Shown here in pieces: positions 1-9,482 of a stretch of DNA of 64,000 nt. A program made the position numbers and the translations under genes. Origin of the DNA: a virus; the IMG/VR virus record IMGVR_UViG_3300005613_000026, positions 23,576 to 87,575 of that record; one strand, written 5' to 3'. Under the pieces are notes generated by a model. It did not search any database. It worked only from the letters and a program-made list of their open reading frames with translations, and had not been told where the DNA came from. How positions within the stretch are numbered: the first letter of the stretch is position 1; each line of letters opens with the position of its first letter.

Positions 1-106
1 TTATATCTTTCCACCCATCAGGAGTCTCTATTTGATATACCCCTTCATCTTCGCACATTTTGAAAAAATCAGAAATTTCCACTTCTTTAATTTCATCAAC
101 ATTCAT
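1..106 (-). CDS. Partial CDS (5' end only): putative C-terminal split-intein half (IntC), expected to continue into the rest of the AAA+ ATPase beyond the window
   Basis: Manual translation from ATG at 106: MNVDEIKEVEISDFFKMCEDEGVYQIETPDGWKDI. It is preceded by AAGGA and overlaps the upstream stop as ATGA. 'EVEISDF...YQIETPDGWKDI' resembles the Hint-domain strands that follow intein block A. Not in the ORF track. Confidence 0.75.
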   Translation of the reverse strand, partial: MNVDEIKEVEISDFFKMCEDEGVYQIETPDGWKDI

Positions 107-1026
107 AATAATTTCCTTTCTTTGTTAAATATTACTTGTATACGTTCTTCATATTTTTCTACAAACTTTATTTCTTTTTTTAACCATAAATTTAAGATAT
201 CATCAATATTCATAATGTCAACATCTACTATCCTATATTCTAAACCATTATCTTTACAAAAATTAATAGCTGCTTCTTTCTTTTTTACATTTAATGGAGT
301 ATTCATTAATTTTTCAGGTTTTATCTCAATTAAAATTCTATCCTCTAAAATAAAATCTGGTCTATATGTCCTATCATTACCTTTATGGTCTTTATATTTA
401 ATTTTAATTCCTTTTTCAGCACTTCTCCATTTAATTTTATTTTTTTCTATCACCTCTACCATATACGATAATTCTCTTAAACTTCTAAAATACCATCCTT
501 TGTACCACCCGCTCCATCCTCCTCCACTTCCATGAGGAGAAGGCTTCCCATACATAGGATTATTTGAGCCAGATGAATTAACAGACCTAATTTCTGACAA
601 TTCTTTCATTCTTAAATCTGCATTTTCTACTCCATATTTTTTCACCCATATATCATAGAAATTTTTACCATACATAGCATTATTTTTTCCAGAAGTAACT
701 TTTGACATTTTTTCTTTAAATTTTGCAGTTTTATAAATATTAAAGTCCCTATCCTTAATCATCTTTACCTTTGATTCTTCCGTATGCCTTTTGCCGAAAA
801 AAGGATTACCAGAACCCTTATATTTTTTACTTAATAATGCAGCTCTTTCTTTATTTTTTAATATCACTTCTGGTCTTAAATGGGCATTCTTATGACTGCA
901 AGAAATACAACATAACATCTTTTTTTCCGCAGTATTTCTATTTTTCTTATTAGAATAACTTAACTCTTTTCCACACTGTGGACAACTCCTGAAATATCTC
1001 TTATCCATAATATAATATCCTTTCAC
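103..1026 (-). CDS. Free-standing homing endonuclease: N-terminal CxxC/CxxC Zn ribbon, NUMOD3-type repeats, C-terminal TnsA-like PD-(D/E)XK nuclease
   Basis: GSGNPFFGKRHTEESK, SGKNNAMYGK and SGSNNPMYGK (NUMOD3-like); FRSLRE...YRPDF...LIEIKP (PD-(D/E)XK). True start is probably MDKRY near 1008, after AAAGGA. Confidence 0.8.
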   Translation of the reverse strand: MKGYYIMDKRYFRSCPQCGKELSYSNKKNRNTAEKKMLCCISCSHKNAHLRPEVILKNKERAALLSKKYKGSGNPFFGKRHTEESKVKMIKDRDFNIYKTAKFKEKMSKVTSGKNNAMYGKNFYDIWVKKYGVENADLRMKELSEIRSVNSSGSNNPMYGKPSPHGSGGGWSGWYKGWYFRSLRELSYMVEVIEKNKIKWRSAEKGIKIKYKDHKGNDRTYRPDFILEDRILIEIKPEKLMNTPLNVKKKEAAINFCKDNGLEYRIVDVDIMNIDDILNLWLKKEIKFVEKYEERIQVIFNKERKLL

Positions 1027-1070
1027 AAAAGCATATCCTTAATTGACATGCTAGACAATGGACTATTATA

Positions 1071-2084
1071 TTATTTATTATAAATTTTCATTTTTCCTTC
1101 TTCTGATATTTTTTTTATTTTTATTTTTGTCCCAGCTGCAACGCACCCAGGCATACCAATAGCTAACATACCACGAGGCTTTTCAAGACCATATGCCTCA
1201 GCCTCTTTGGAAAAGTTGTCGCTACGAGCTTCAATCCAATGAACTAGATTCTTCAAACCACCGACATCTGTCATCTCAACAATCTGATCGTAATAATCAA
1301 GCATACCACTTTTAGAGATAACTTGTTTTTTCTCTTTTAAAATAGCTTTAATATCCCATCCTCGTTTAGAAACCAAAGATTTACTAAAAGCAGTTTGAGC
1401 TTCTGACAAACTTAAACCTGTAACCGAATTAATAAGAATTTCTTCCATCTTCTTAGTCTGTTCACGAATATTGGGCAGTTTTGTTTCAACGCTACCAACA
1501 ACTTGATAAAGAGATGCTTTAATTTCTTTTTGAGTAGCAAAAGGAAATTCCATACATGGCATTAAATAATCGATAGCATCTGTTGACTTGTAAGAACATC
1601 CTGTTATAATGGTCGAAACAATACCATTCAAGCCCGCAATTACCTTAAGACGACGCTCTATGTCTGGGTCCTCCTGAATAAAACGATGATAATCCAAAAG
1701 AATAAAAATAATACCTTTAACGCCAGCAGCCCTCTTCTCATTTACAGATTCTCTTTTATTAACAAATAATTTGCCTCGGCTTATGATGTGATTTAGAATC
1801 TCCATTGGATCATTTGATATATCATCAGAAATTGCTGAATCTTTCTCCTTTGTCTTAAGATCAACAAGACCATTATAAGCGTCCCATACCTTAATTTCAT
1901 AACCATTTGCCGTGCCGAAATGTTCAATAAAATCAATGAAACGTCTTTCTTCATGCAATTTTACATAAAAAAGAGGATATCGAACTCTTAATAAAGTAGA
2001 AAATTCCTCTTTAAATTCATCAGTTGCCATTTCTTTAAGTATTTTCTCACTTGCACTTTTCTCAACTTTAGATTCACTAGGCAT
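1071..2084 (-). CDS. Ycf46-like AAA+ ATPase, N-terminal part, ending in a 24-aa split-intein N fragment
   Basis: LRVRYPLFYV..EERR; TGLSLSEA...EKKQVISKSGMLDY...DVGGLKNLVHWI...YGLEKPRGMLAIGMPG. The P-loop stops before GKS and is followed by CVAAGTKI. Confidence 0.85.
   Translation of the reverse strand: MPSESKVEKSASEKILKEMATDEFKEEFSTLLRVRYPLFYVKLHEERRFIDFIEHFGTANGYEIKVWDAYNGLVDLKTKEKDSAISDDISNDPMEILNHIISRGKLFVNKRESVNEKRAAGVKGIIFILLDYHRFIQEDPDIERRLKVIAGLNGIVSTIITGCSYKSTDAIDYLMPCMEFPFATQKEIKASLYQVVGSVETKLPNIREQTKKMEEILINSVTGLSLSEAQTAFSKSLVSKRGWDIKAILKEKKQVISKSGMLDYYDQIVEMTDVGGLKNLVHWIEARSDNFSKEAEAYGLEKPRGMLAIGMPGCVAAGTKIKIKKISEEGKMKIYNK
1074..1145 (-). mobile_element. Split intein N fragment (IntN, 24 aa)
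   Basis: CVAAGTKIKIKKISEEGKMKIYNK* begins with an intein block A pattern (C-h-x-x-x-T-x-h) exactly within the Walker A GxPG|xGKS. Confidence 0.75.
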
Positions 2085-2132
2085 TTTGTTCCTTTCTACA
2101 TCAATATTACATCTTATAAATTTTATTTACAT

Positions 2133-2642
2133 CTACGATGGAGACAATGTTGTTGATATTCTAATAGCCTTGCCTCCTTTTGAAACTTGCAAAGGAGACC
2201 AAGTAGCTTTTGATTCAAATTTCTCCAAACTTTCTTCAATTTTCATTCTTCCCTGTTCAACCAATCCTTTTTCCCTTCCTCTCAACTCAACAGTATAATG
2301 GACTATATATCTTTTGTCAAGGAAATTTTCAACTTTTTTTTCTTTTATTTCTAAATCATGATCAGAAATACGGTAACTAAAACGAATTTCTTTAGTAACT
2401 CTTTTTTGAGATTTCTTCTTTTTAGATTCTCGATATTTCAACTTACCATAATCCAAAATTTTACAAACAGCTAATTTTCCGTGCTGTTCAGGAGCCATCT
2501 CAACTAAATCTAAATCCATTTCTCTGGCCATTTCAACGGCCTCTTTTAATTCTACCCCTCTTTGTATCCCCTCTCCTTCAGGAAGTACAAGATCTACTCT
2601 ATTCGATTTAATTTGATAATTAATCTTGTGATCTTTGCTCAT
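2133..2642 (-). CDS. infC: Translation initiation factor IF-3
   Basis: INYQI...EAVEMAREMDLDLVEMAP...VCKILDYGKLKY...KEIRFSYRISDHDLEIK...FL...LRGRE match the IF3 N- and C-domain signatures. Confidence 0.93.
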   Translation of the reverse strand: MSKDHKINYQIKSNRVDLVLPEGEGIQRGVELKEAVEMAREMDLDLVEMAPEQHGKLAVCKILDYGKLKYRESKKKKSQKRVTKEIRFSYRISDHDLEIKEKKVENFLDKRYIVHYTVELRGREKGLVEQGRMKIEESLEKFESKATWSPLQVSKGGKAIRISTTLSPS

Positions 2643-3598
2643 TAGCGATTTTTTAACCTTTCATAAAATTTAATTGTATTTTCATCTGTGTCTCTAAATT
2701 CTATAGACACTTTAATATCAGGAATTATTGAACCAAGTATACCTTCTACATCTTTAAATGGCAACCATGACGGATAGGGCGAAAACTTCTCTGTAGATTC
2801 TACTACTGAAAAAAGAGCATTTCTACGCAACATTTTTCTGCATCCACTTTTAACCATCTCGATTGCTTCTTCTTGTTTCATCATTTTTACCTTTATAAGC
2901 CAATTAGTAGAAAGCACAATCCCAAAATTAGATACAAGAGAGGAATCTCCTAAAATAAAAGACTTTTCTAAATCAGTGTTTCTTGGCTTTTTTATCTCTT
3001 TTTTTTCTTTTTCTTCCACTTTATTATACTCTTCACAACTTTTGGATAAATCATATTTAGACTTAAAAGACCTAATAGCAGCTTTATTTAATAAATGACT
3101 AAAATAAAAATTACCTTCTTTATCCTGTCCTCTTAAAAAATCTATATAATTCTCAAAAAAGAAAATTATATAATCTTTCATCATTAACCAATGAAAGGTC
3201 CCAAAAGCTTCCTCTAAAACGCTCCTGGCTCTATTAATATCTATTTGAGCAGGAACTCTTTGCAAAAGCAACTCCTCATTGTATTTTTCTCTATATAAAT
3301 ATACAACATAAAAGAAAACATCTGCTGTATTCCATTCTAAAATAGGTTTATCCCATCTCATGCCCGTGTATTTAGGTTTTTCTATATCTAAATAATCCAG
3401 AGTTTTTGGATATCTACCAGAAACAGCAAAACCTTCATCATTATCTTGTATTATATCATTCTCTGATAGTTTGTCAATAACTTTTTTAGATTTTTTAGAT
3501 TTTTTAGATTTTCTCTTACGAGAATCTGTAAAATTAGGTCTTTCTCCTGTTACTTTTTCAAAGGCATCCTTCATCATTTTGTTAACCATATCATTCAT
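2642..3598 (-). CDS. Hypothetical protein (318 aa, Lys-rich N-terminus)
   Basis: Long ORF translationally coupled between the helicase and infC; no motif recognised. Confidence 0.75.
   Translation of the reverse strand: MNDMVNKMMKDAFEKVTGERPNFTDSRKRKSKKSKKSKKVIDKLSENDIIQDNDEGFAVSGRYPKTLDYLDIEKPKYTGMRWDKPILEWNTADVFFYVVYLYREKYNEELLLQRVPAQIDINRARSVLEEAFGTFHWLMMKDYIIFFFENYIDFLRGQDKEGNFYFSHLLNKAAIRSFKSKYDLSKSCEEYNKVEEKEKKEIKKPRNTDLEKSFILGDSSLVSNFGIVLSTNWLIKVKMMKQEEAIEMVKSGCRKMLRRNALFSVVESTEKFSPYPSWLPFKDVEGILGSIIPDIKVSIEFRDTDENTIKFYERLKNR
3482..3508. repeat. 9-bp tandem repeat x3 (TTTTTTAGA) encoding SKK repeats
   Basis: Three exact in-frame copies within the 318-aa ORF. Confidence 0.85.
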
Positions 3599-3599
3599 C

Positions 3600-6500
3600 C
3601 TATTCTGGCCTTTCTATAATAAACTCTTCCTCTGTTTTATATATTCTTTCTCTTTTGCGACTATGACCTTGCAAATATCTGCAACCGTCCATAAAATCTA
3701 CAGCTATAGCATCTTGTTTACCTGGATAAGTTCTTAGAATACGACCTATCCTCTGTAATGCTCTAGTAGGAGATTTTCCACCACCTGCTAAAATAAGGGT
3801 ATCAAGAGGTTTACAATCTACCCCCTCGTCAAAAATAACACTGGCAATAGTGACACTGGGGTCCCCTTCTCTCATCTTGTCTAAATGAGATGCTCTTTTT
3901 TTCTTACCCGTTCCTCCATAGAGAAAAGTACTATCTGGAATCATATTTTCTAGCAATTTTCCATGAGCCACTTGCTTAACTAATATAAGTATCTTTCTTC
4001 CCTGAGAACGAAAGTAATTAGCAAAATTCAAGATTGAATTATTTCTCATTTCATTTTCTACAATTGCCTTTTTGTAAACAGTTACATAAGGGGATTTTCC
4101 TATACCCCTCATATTGTTCATATTACAAAAATATATATGAGGTCGAACAAGATATCCTCTTTGTATCAAAAAAGATGCAGATATATTTGCTATCATTTTA
4201 CCAAAACAGGCATCTATTAAAATGTCATCTCCCAGATCTCTCCAAGGCGTTGCTGAATTATGAACAAGAACTCCATTCACGACAAATGAAGGATGCCCTT
4301 CCATTTCTAAATCATAGACGTAATCACTATATTCTTCCTCTACTATCTTGTTAATAATATATTCATTACAATTAATATTTTTAAATTTCTTTACTTCTCC
4401 ATTTCTTCCTATATTATTTCCTAATAAAGAATTCATAGAAAAAATCACTTGATAACTATCTCTCTTTGCAAATATCTGCCTTCCATTTATAATGCCTCCT
4501 TTTTGAGGTTTTCTAATAGATAGACTAGAAGATACTCCTAAGCTTCTTAATAAACAAGAAAAATCGTTAGCCAAACAAATAGATGTTGTAGTATATCTGG
4601 CCTCTTTTCTATTCCTATCTTGTTTTGATGAAAAACATCCATCAGACATCATCATTCCATTAATAAGTTTCATCTTATAAAACTTATCCCATTTAAAAAT
4701 TATTTCTGATGGAATAGTTTTTTCATAACAATATTTCTTACCTAAAAAATATTTCATCAAACAAGATAAAAGTGCACTTGAAATTCTTACTTCGCTAGAA
4801 GCTCCTTCCATTTTTCGTATTTTTGGATTTACAGATATAACCCCTATGCTATTGACATAATTTATGAATTCCTCCAAAATAGAATTTTCAACAGCAAAAT
4901 TAATCCTATTTCCATCGAACCATCCATCTCCAATGAAAAATCCTATCAAAAAAGATATAGATCTAAAACTGAAATGAGGATATATACATACCCCATTCGC
5001 TCCTTCGGTATATATTTTTTCTGGTTTTGGTAGTATATCCTTATATTTAATATATGTCTTTAAATCTATTCCCGAATTTCTCCTAATTATATGATAAAAC
5101 CTGCTCTTTGACATCCCCAGGTCTGAATAAATCAAACCCTCTAACCTAACTTTAACCCTAATCTTATCAGGATTTCTATAATTTTTTAGTAAAATTTGAA
5201 ATATATCAAAATCTTTTACATCATCTTTATTCCAATTCTCTCCATTATCTGCTAATAACAAATCTTTTCGTTTAATATCACAAGATTTTAAACATTCAAA
5301 ATCAGATCTGTTTCTGTCACTACTCCTAGGTATACAAAAAACAGAATGATCATCTGTTACAAGTATGTTATTCTTACCCCTATAATATATTTTCCTAATC
5401 TTTTTATCACACTTATGTCGTATTATTTTATTAATTTTTTTCCAGACAAATTCCTTACCGATATTATCCCATCCTCTTGATTCTATATCTAAACTAGAAA
5501 TATCTATTATCTCATAATTTTGTTTCCGAAATAAAAGTAAATCAGAATATTCTTCTACATCTTCCCATAAATCTTCTATAGATCTTATATCTCCATCTTC
5601 ATATATCCATCCGTATAACTCCAGATTAGAAGAAGGTCCTACCGACAAACCATATCTATATTGACAAGAAATAGAATTATCTGAAATTATTTGACAAGTT
5701 TCAGCTGCCCAGTGTTGCACCTCATCACAAATCATCAACCTACTATCCTGTATTAAATCTTTAATATCTTTTCTCATATCAGAAATATCAGTATTATCTT
5801 TAGTAACATCTTCATCATCAAACTTTTTCCAGACACCCCCTAACGCCCTAACAGCAGTTTGGTTGGTCATAACTGTTATATCTTCAATACTCTTTTCTCC
5901 ACCGCCGACCATGCCCACTTTAACAGGTATTCTATGATATCTTACAAATCGTTCTATCTCATCTTTCGCCTGTTTTAACAAATCAATTGAAGGGACATAA
6001 AATACAGTAGGAGAAACTCCAAGACCAGCGATAATCCCACTGGCTATTGCAGTATTGTGATTAATCATTCCATTAGAAACAAAACTATGAGTTTTAGGAA
6101 TGACAAAATCATAATTGTCAGATTCGCAAACTTCTATGCTTTTTATTTTATCATAATAATATTTTTCATCAATAACTTCTATCAATTCTGCAATAAGACT
6201 TTTCAACCTACTATAACCAGGATGAAACGCGCCTTCTTCTTGATAAATAAATCGATATTCTGCCCATTTTACGAAAGACGATAAGCTGCTTCTGCCTGGA
6301 TTTCTCCAATAAGACCTATCAGACCATGATCTAAGAACATTTATTTTCGTATTACTCTCTTCTTCGATAATCCTTCTATACTTTTTACTTCCTAAAATAT
6401 CTTTGATTATAAATCTAATTTCTCTAATCTTGCTATTTTGATTATAAATTAAATCCTTATTCGAATTATTTTTCCTATTAATAAAGTCACTATAATATTT

Positions 6501-7880
6501 ATATGACTTTTCTCTTTTGTACCCCTCTGGGTCGAAACCTATAGTACCTATAAATTTTTTAATAAAATCCCTATATATAGTTAAAACAAAACAATCTCTG
6601 CAAGTAGTTTTCTTTTTTCTCTTAGATGAAACTATCCCCATATTCAAAAGAATATAATGTATTTGGTCTATTAATTTCTCATTTGATAAACCTAAAGTAA
6701 TACTCATTTTTTTTTCATCCACTTCTACGCAACCATCTGTTTCATAAATGCCCCTTAAAAAAGCAGCAATCACAGGCTTCTCAGAAGTCCTAATAGACAA
6801 TGGTATTTTTTTAGTATGAGCCAAACAATAATCAACGCCTCTATTTAATAAACTTTTTCTATATTTAGTATTATGCACGCAAACACTTCTAGTACTTTCT
6901 CTTCTTTTGTCAAAATAAGTACTAGATTTCATACCATTTTCATCAGCAAACGCACATACATATTCTTCAATATGGTCATCCGCTGTAGTAATCTGTATGC
7001 CATTTTTTTTACTTAAACTTCCGTCTCCATATAAAAGACCTAAAAGATAGGCTTCCTCTATACTCCATTCGCAATTACTTCCAAACATATTCTGATTTTT
7101 AGATAAAACAATAATATCATTATCTGTTATTTTATCTAATCTTTTCCACTCAAAACCACCATCATCACCAACAACAATAATTCTGTGGTTAGGAGTTCCA
7201 GTCAAAGAATAACCATACGAAGTTGTTATTTTTATAGAATCTCTCACCCCATCTCTATAGATATGAGAAGAAACATCTTTATCACTGTCCCCTAGAGGAG
7301 TATAAACATTTATTTGTTTTTCCCTATACTCTTCGCTAGTCATACCCTCTTCAATTTCACCTATTTCAATCATCCCTTCTTCTGTAAGACATAAAGATTC
7401 CTCATTTTGGCACTTGCCTCCTCCTGTCGCACACTTGATAATCCCTCTTTCTTTACCATTTTTCTTTACAACACTTTCTATAATATGCTGCTGATAATCT
7501 CTAGGCTCGAATTCATCAGACATATTATATATATTACTCTTCTCTGTTTTTTTGCGTATATCAATACAATTATATTGAACATTATTCTTTTGAAGATATA
7601 TAAAAGCCTTATGCAAAAGACCTGTTGGAAAATGTAAAGAATTCTTTTTAATATGACATCTACAACTGGCTTGATTCCAGCATACAGTGCTTACTCTACC
7701 ATCCCAATTCTTCTTCCATTCAGGGACATTTTGTCCATCAGTATGTTTTTTCACCATCCAGTAAGCATTTTCAGGGAGATAACCTAATTCTCTCTTAAAC
7801 CCCTGATAAACATCACTGTCCATTCTTCCATCGATATAAGTGACAGTATGATCCACTCTTAAAACGATTGTTCCAGACAA
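3600..7880 (-). CDS. Superfamily 2 DExD/H helicase (UvsW/XPB/ResIII-like), about 510-aa extein, with two inteins
   Basis: PRDYQ (Q motif), ATGGGK|T (I), DEVQH (II), GL|SATPWR (III), DEGVD (V), LQRIGRILR (VI). TTG start preceded by GAGG. Confidence 0.92.
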   Translation of the reverse strand: MSGTIVLRVDHTVTYIDGRMDSDVYQGFKRELGYLPENAYWMVKKHTDGQNVPEWKKNWDGRVSTVCWNQASCRCHIKKNSLHFPTGLLHKAFIYLQKNNVQYNCIDIRKKTEKSNIYNMSDEFEPRDYQQHIIESVVKKNGKERGIIKCATGGGKCQNEESLCLTEEGMIEIGEIEEGMTSEEYREKQINVYTPLGDSDKDVSSHIYRDGVRDSIKITTSYGYSLTGTPNHRIIVVGDDGGFEWKRLDKITDNDIIVLSKNQNMFGSNCEWSIEEAYLLGLLYGDGSLSKKNGIQITTADDHIEEYVCAFADENGMKSSTYFDKRRESTRSVCVHNTKYRKSLLNRGVDYCLAHTKKIPLSIRTSEKPVIAAFLRGIYETDGCVEVDEKKMSITLGLSNEKLIDQIHYILLNMGIVSSKRKKKTTCRDCFVLTIYRDFIKKFIGTIGFDPEGYKREKSYKYYSDFINRKNNSNKDLIYNQNSKIREIRFIIKDILGSKKYRRIIEEESNTKINVLRSWSDRSYWRNPGRSSLSSFVKWAEYRFIYQEEGAFHPGYSRLKSLIAELIEVIDEKYYYDKIKSIEVCESDNYDFVIPKTHSFVSNGMINHNTAIASGIIAGLGVSPTVFYVPSIDLLKQAKDEIERFVRYHRIPVKVGMVGGGEKSIEDITVMTNQTAVRALGGVWKKFDDEDVTKDNTDISDMRKDIKDLIQDSRLMICDEVQHWAAETCQIISDNSISCQYRYGLSVGPSSNLELYGWIYEDGDIRSIEDLWEDVEEYSDLLLFRKQNYEIIDISSLDIESRGWDNIGKEFVWKKINKIIRHKCDKKIRKIYYRGKNNILVTDDHSVFCIPRSSDRNRSDFECLKSCDIKRKDLLLADNGENWNKDDVKDFDIFQILLKNYRNPDKIRVKVRLEGLIYSDLGMSKSRFYHIIRRNSGIDLKTYIKYKDILPKPEKIYTEGANGVCIYPHFSFRSISFLIGFFIGDGWFDGNRINFAVENSILEEFINYVNSIGVISVNPKIRKMEGASSEVRISSALLSCLMKYFLGKKYCYEKTIPSEIIFKWDKFYKMKLINGMMMSDGCFSSKQDRNRKEARYTTTSICLANDFSCLLRSLGVSSSLSIRKPQKGGIINGRQIFAKRDSYQVIFSMNSLLGNNIGRNGEVKKFKNINCNEYIINKIVEEEYSDYVYDLEMEGHPSFVVNGVLVHNSATPWRDLGDDILIDACFGKMIANISASFLIQRGYLVRPHIYFCNMNNMRGIGKSPYVTVYKKAIVENEMRNNSILNFANYFRSQGRKILILVKQVAHGKLLENMIPDSTFLYGGTGKKKRASHLDKMREGDPSVTIASVIFDEGVDCKPLDTLILAGGGKSPTRALQRIGRILRTYPGKQDAIAVDFMDGCRYLQGHSRKRERIYKTEEEFIIERPE
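4257..5645 (-). mobile_element. Intein 2 (463 aa, Ser1) with LAGLIDADG endonuclease, inserted just before motif III (SAT)
   Basis: YGL|SVGPSS...VTDDHS...LIGFFIGDG...INGMMMSDG...VYDLEMEGHPSFVVNGVLVHN|SAT. Confidence 0.92.
6054..7412 (-). mobile_element. Intein 1 (453 aa) with LAGLIDADG endonuclease, inserted in Walker A
   Basis: GGGK|CQNEESL...TGTPNH...LLGLLYGDG...FLRGIYETDG...YDFVIPKTHSFVSNGMINHN|T. Confidence 0.93.
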
Positions 7881-7885
7881 ATTAA

Positions 7886-8074
7886 TTACCTCAACTCATT
7901 AATACTAACATCATCTACTACTAACCCCAGTTGAGGCAGTAATTTCTTCTTTTTCTTTTTTTTATTCTTCTTTTTATCTTTATTATTAAACATAGGAAGA
8001 GGATTTTCAAGAGTTGGATAATCCTTAAAGTCAGATGACATTTTTCTAAAAGAAGTGGTTTCAATGATTTTCAT
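7886..8074 (-). CDS. Small basic hypothetical protein with a poly-Lys tract
   Basis: 62-aa ORF overlapping the upstream stop, in operon orientation. Confidence 0.55.
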   Translation of the reverse strand: MKIIETTSFRKMSSDFKDYPTLENPLPMFNNKDKKKNKKKKKKKLLPQLGLVVDDVSINELR

Positions 8075-8372
8075 TTTTACTCTTAATCTCCCCGTATCTC
8101 CGATACATTTTTGTTTTTACTACTTTAATCTTGTCTAGTGCTTTACCGTATCTTCCATCCACTAAATCACTTATGGCAAATTTAATGGAAATCATAATAT
8201 CCACCATAGATTGTTTCTTTTCTTTATCAGGAATTGTTACTAATTTTTGCTGAACTCCTAATAATTTATGATAAGCTACTATATGCTTACCCTGTTTTTC
8301 AATAAAATTAACTATATTCTCAAGCATATTTAAAGTGCGATTGAGAAATTGCTCATATTCTGCATTATCCAT
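8061..8372 (-). CDS. Hypothetical protein (103 aa, probably helical)
   Basis: GAGG SD upstream of the ATG; no motif recognised. Confidence 0.7.
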   Translation of the reverse strand: MDNAEYEQFLNRTLNMLENIVNFIEKQGKHIVAYHKLLGVQQKLVTIPDKEKKQSMVDIMISIKFAISDLVDGRYGKALDKIKVVKTKMYRRYGEIKSKNENH

Positions 8373-8438
8373 ATTACTACCTCTTTACATACTTTAAAAA
8401 TATGCAAAGATTATAACATCCTATTTTTCACTTTTCAA

Positions 8439-9479
8439 CTACCAAATTCTATTAGATGATAAAAGTGCTTGAATCGTCTGATTTGGAGATGGTCCCGTAT
8501 CATTAAATTGACTGTCTTTTAGCCTTAAAAGCACGTTAAATGGTACTCCTGGGTCTTTTCCACTTTCTATTCTTTTTTTCTTTGTTTCTTCAACTTTATT
8601 CCAGAATTCTTGCACATATGGTTGTAAACTCTTATATGTAGACCAATCTGAACCTCTAGTTGGCTCTAACATCTGTTCGGTTAATCCCCAAACCCAGAAT
8701 GGAGTTCCATAATTAGGATAAATATTCTGAGCAATTTTATGATTTCTTATATGATTATCTATTCTCTTAGGGATGACACAAAGAAGTTCCATTCCTAAAA
8801 TATTAATTAATAACATTTCAAAATCATTCAATTCTTCATCCGATAAGGTTAGTTCTAATAAACCATAATATTTTACATAGATATCGCTTTCATATATTTC
8901 TTTAATTGTTTCAAGAGGAGACAGCCCATGAGCTTTAATAGCCTCTATAAAAAGAAAAACATTTTGTATCACATGATTTTCAATATCATTAAGCAAAATA
9001 TAATCTTCTGGTTCTTCACAATATCTTGCTATATCTATATCATTCCTATCTATTAAATAAATATCCACATTCTTTAAAGCCCTATCATTTATAGGACAAA
9101 CGATATTTCTCATAAGACCCCATATTAGAGGTTTACTATAAAGAGTTTGTTTAGTTGGTTCTCCCAATTTCGTATAAAAAGACCCTTCTCTATAAAGAAA
9201 AGACCTTAACCTAGTTGCAATAGTTATTAAAAAATTATCTTCTTCTTCAAGAGTATCAAATAAAGCTTCACCAATAATAGATTCTGAGGATTTAATATAC
9301 TCATATACTATCTTATAAATAGTATGTAAAATATTATTAGTATCTCCTATAGTCAGAGCAGATTCTGATGAATCTAATTCAAAAGTAATTGACACATCAA
9401 CAAAAGGAACTCCCCTATGATGACAAAGATTTTTTAATATGGTCTTTGCTAATACAAAATCGCTAACATTATATTTCAT
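8439..9479 (-). CDS. Hypothetical protein (346 aa)
   Basis: Long ORF starting 3 nt after the upstream stop. Confidence 0.75.
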   Translation of the reverse strand: MKYNVSDFVLAKTILKNLCHHRGVPFVDVSITFELDSSESALTIGDTNNILHTIYKIVYEYIKSSESIIGEALFDTLEEEDNFLITIATRLRSFLYREGSFYTKLGEPTKQTLYSKPLIWGLMRNIVCPINDRALKNVDIYLIDRNDIDIARYCEEPEDYILLNDIENHVIQNVFLFIEAIKAHGLSPLETIKEIYESDIYVKYYGLLELTLSDEELNDFEMLLINILGMELLCVIPKRIDNHIRNHKIAQNIYPNYGTPFWVWGLTEQMLEPTRGSDWSTYKSLQPYVQEFWNKVEETKKKRIESGKDPGVPFNVLLRLKDSQFNDTGPSPNQTIQALLSSNRIW

Positions 9480-9482
9480 ATA

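Noticed and set aside
1043-1072. Plus-strand TTGACA-N18-TATATT, a possible antisense promoter into the IntN gene
   Set aside because: Single occurrence, imperfect spacing and -10 element, in very AT-rich DNA; chance cannot be excluded.
103-1073. Group I intron interrupting the ATPase/intein and carrying the endonuclease
   Set aside because: Only about 45-60 nt of non-coding sequence lies 5' of the endonuclease and none 3' of it, leaving no room for a ribozyme core. The downstream part has its own SD and ATG.
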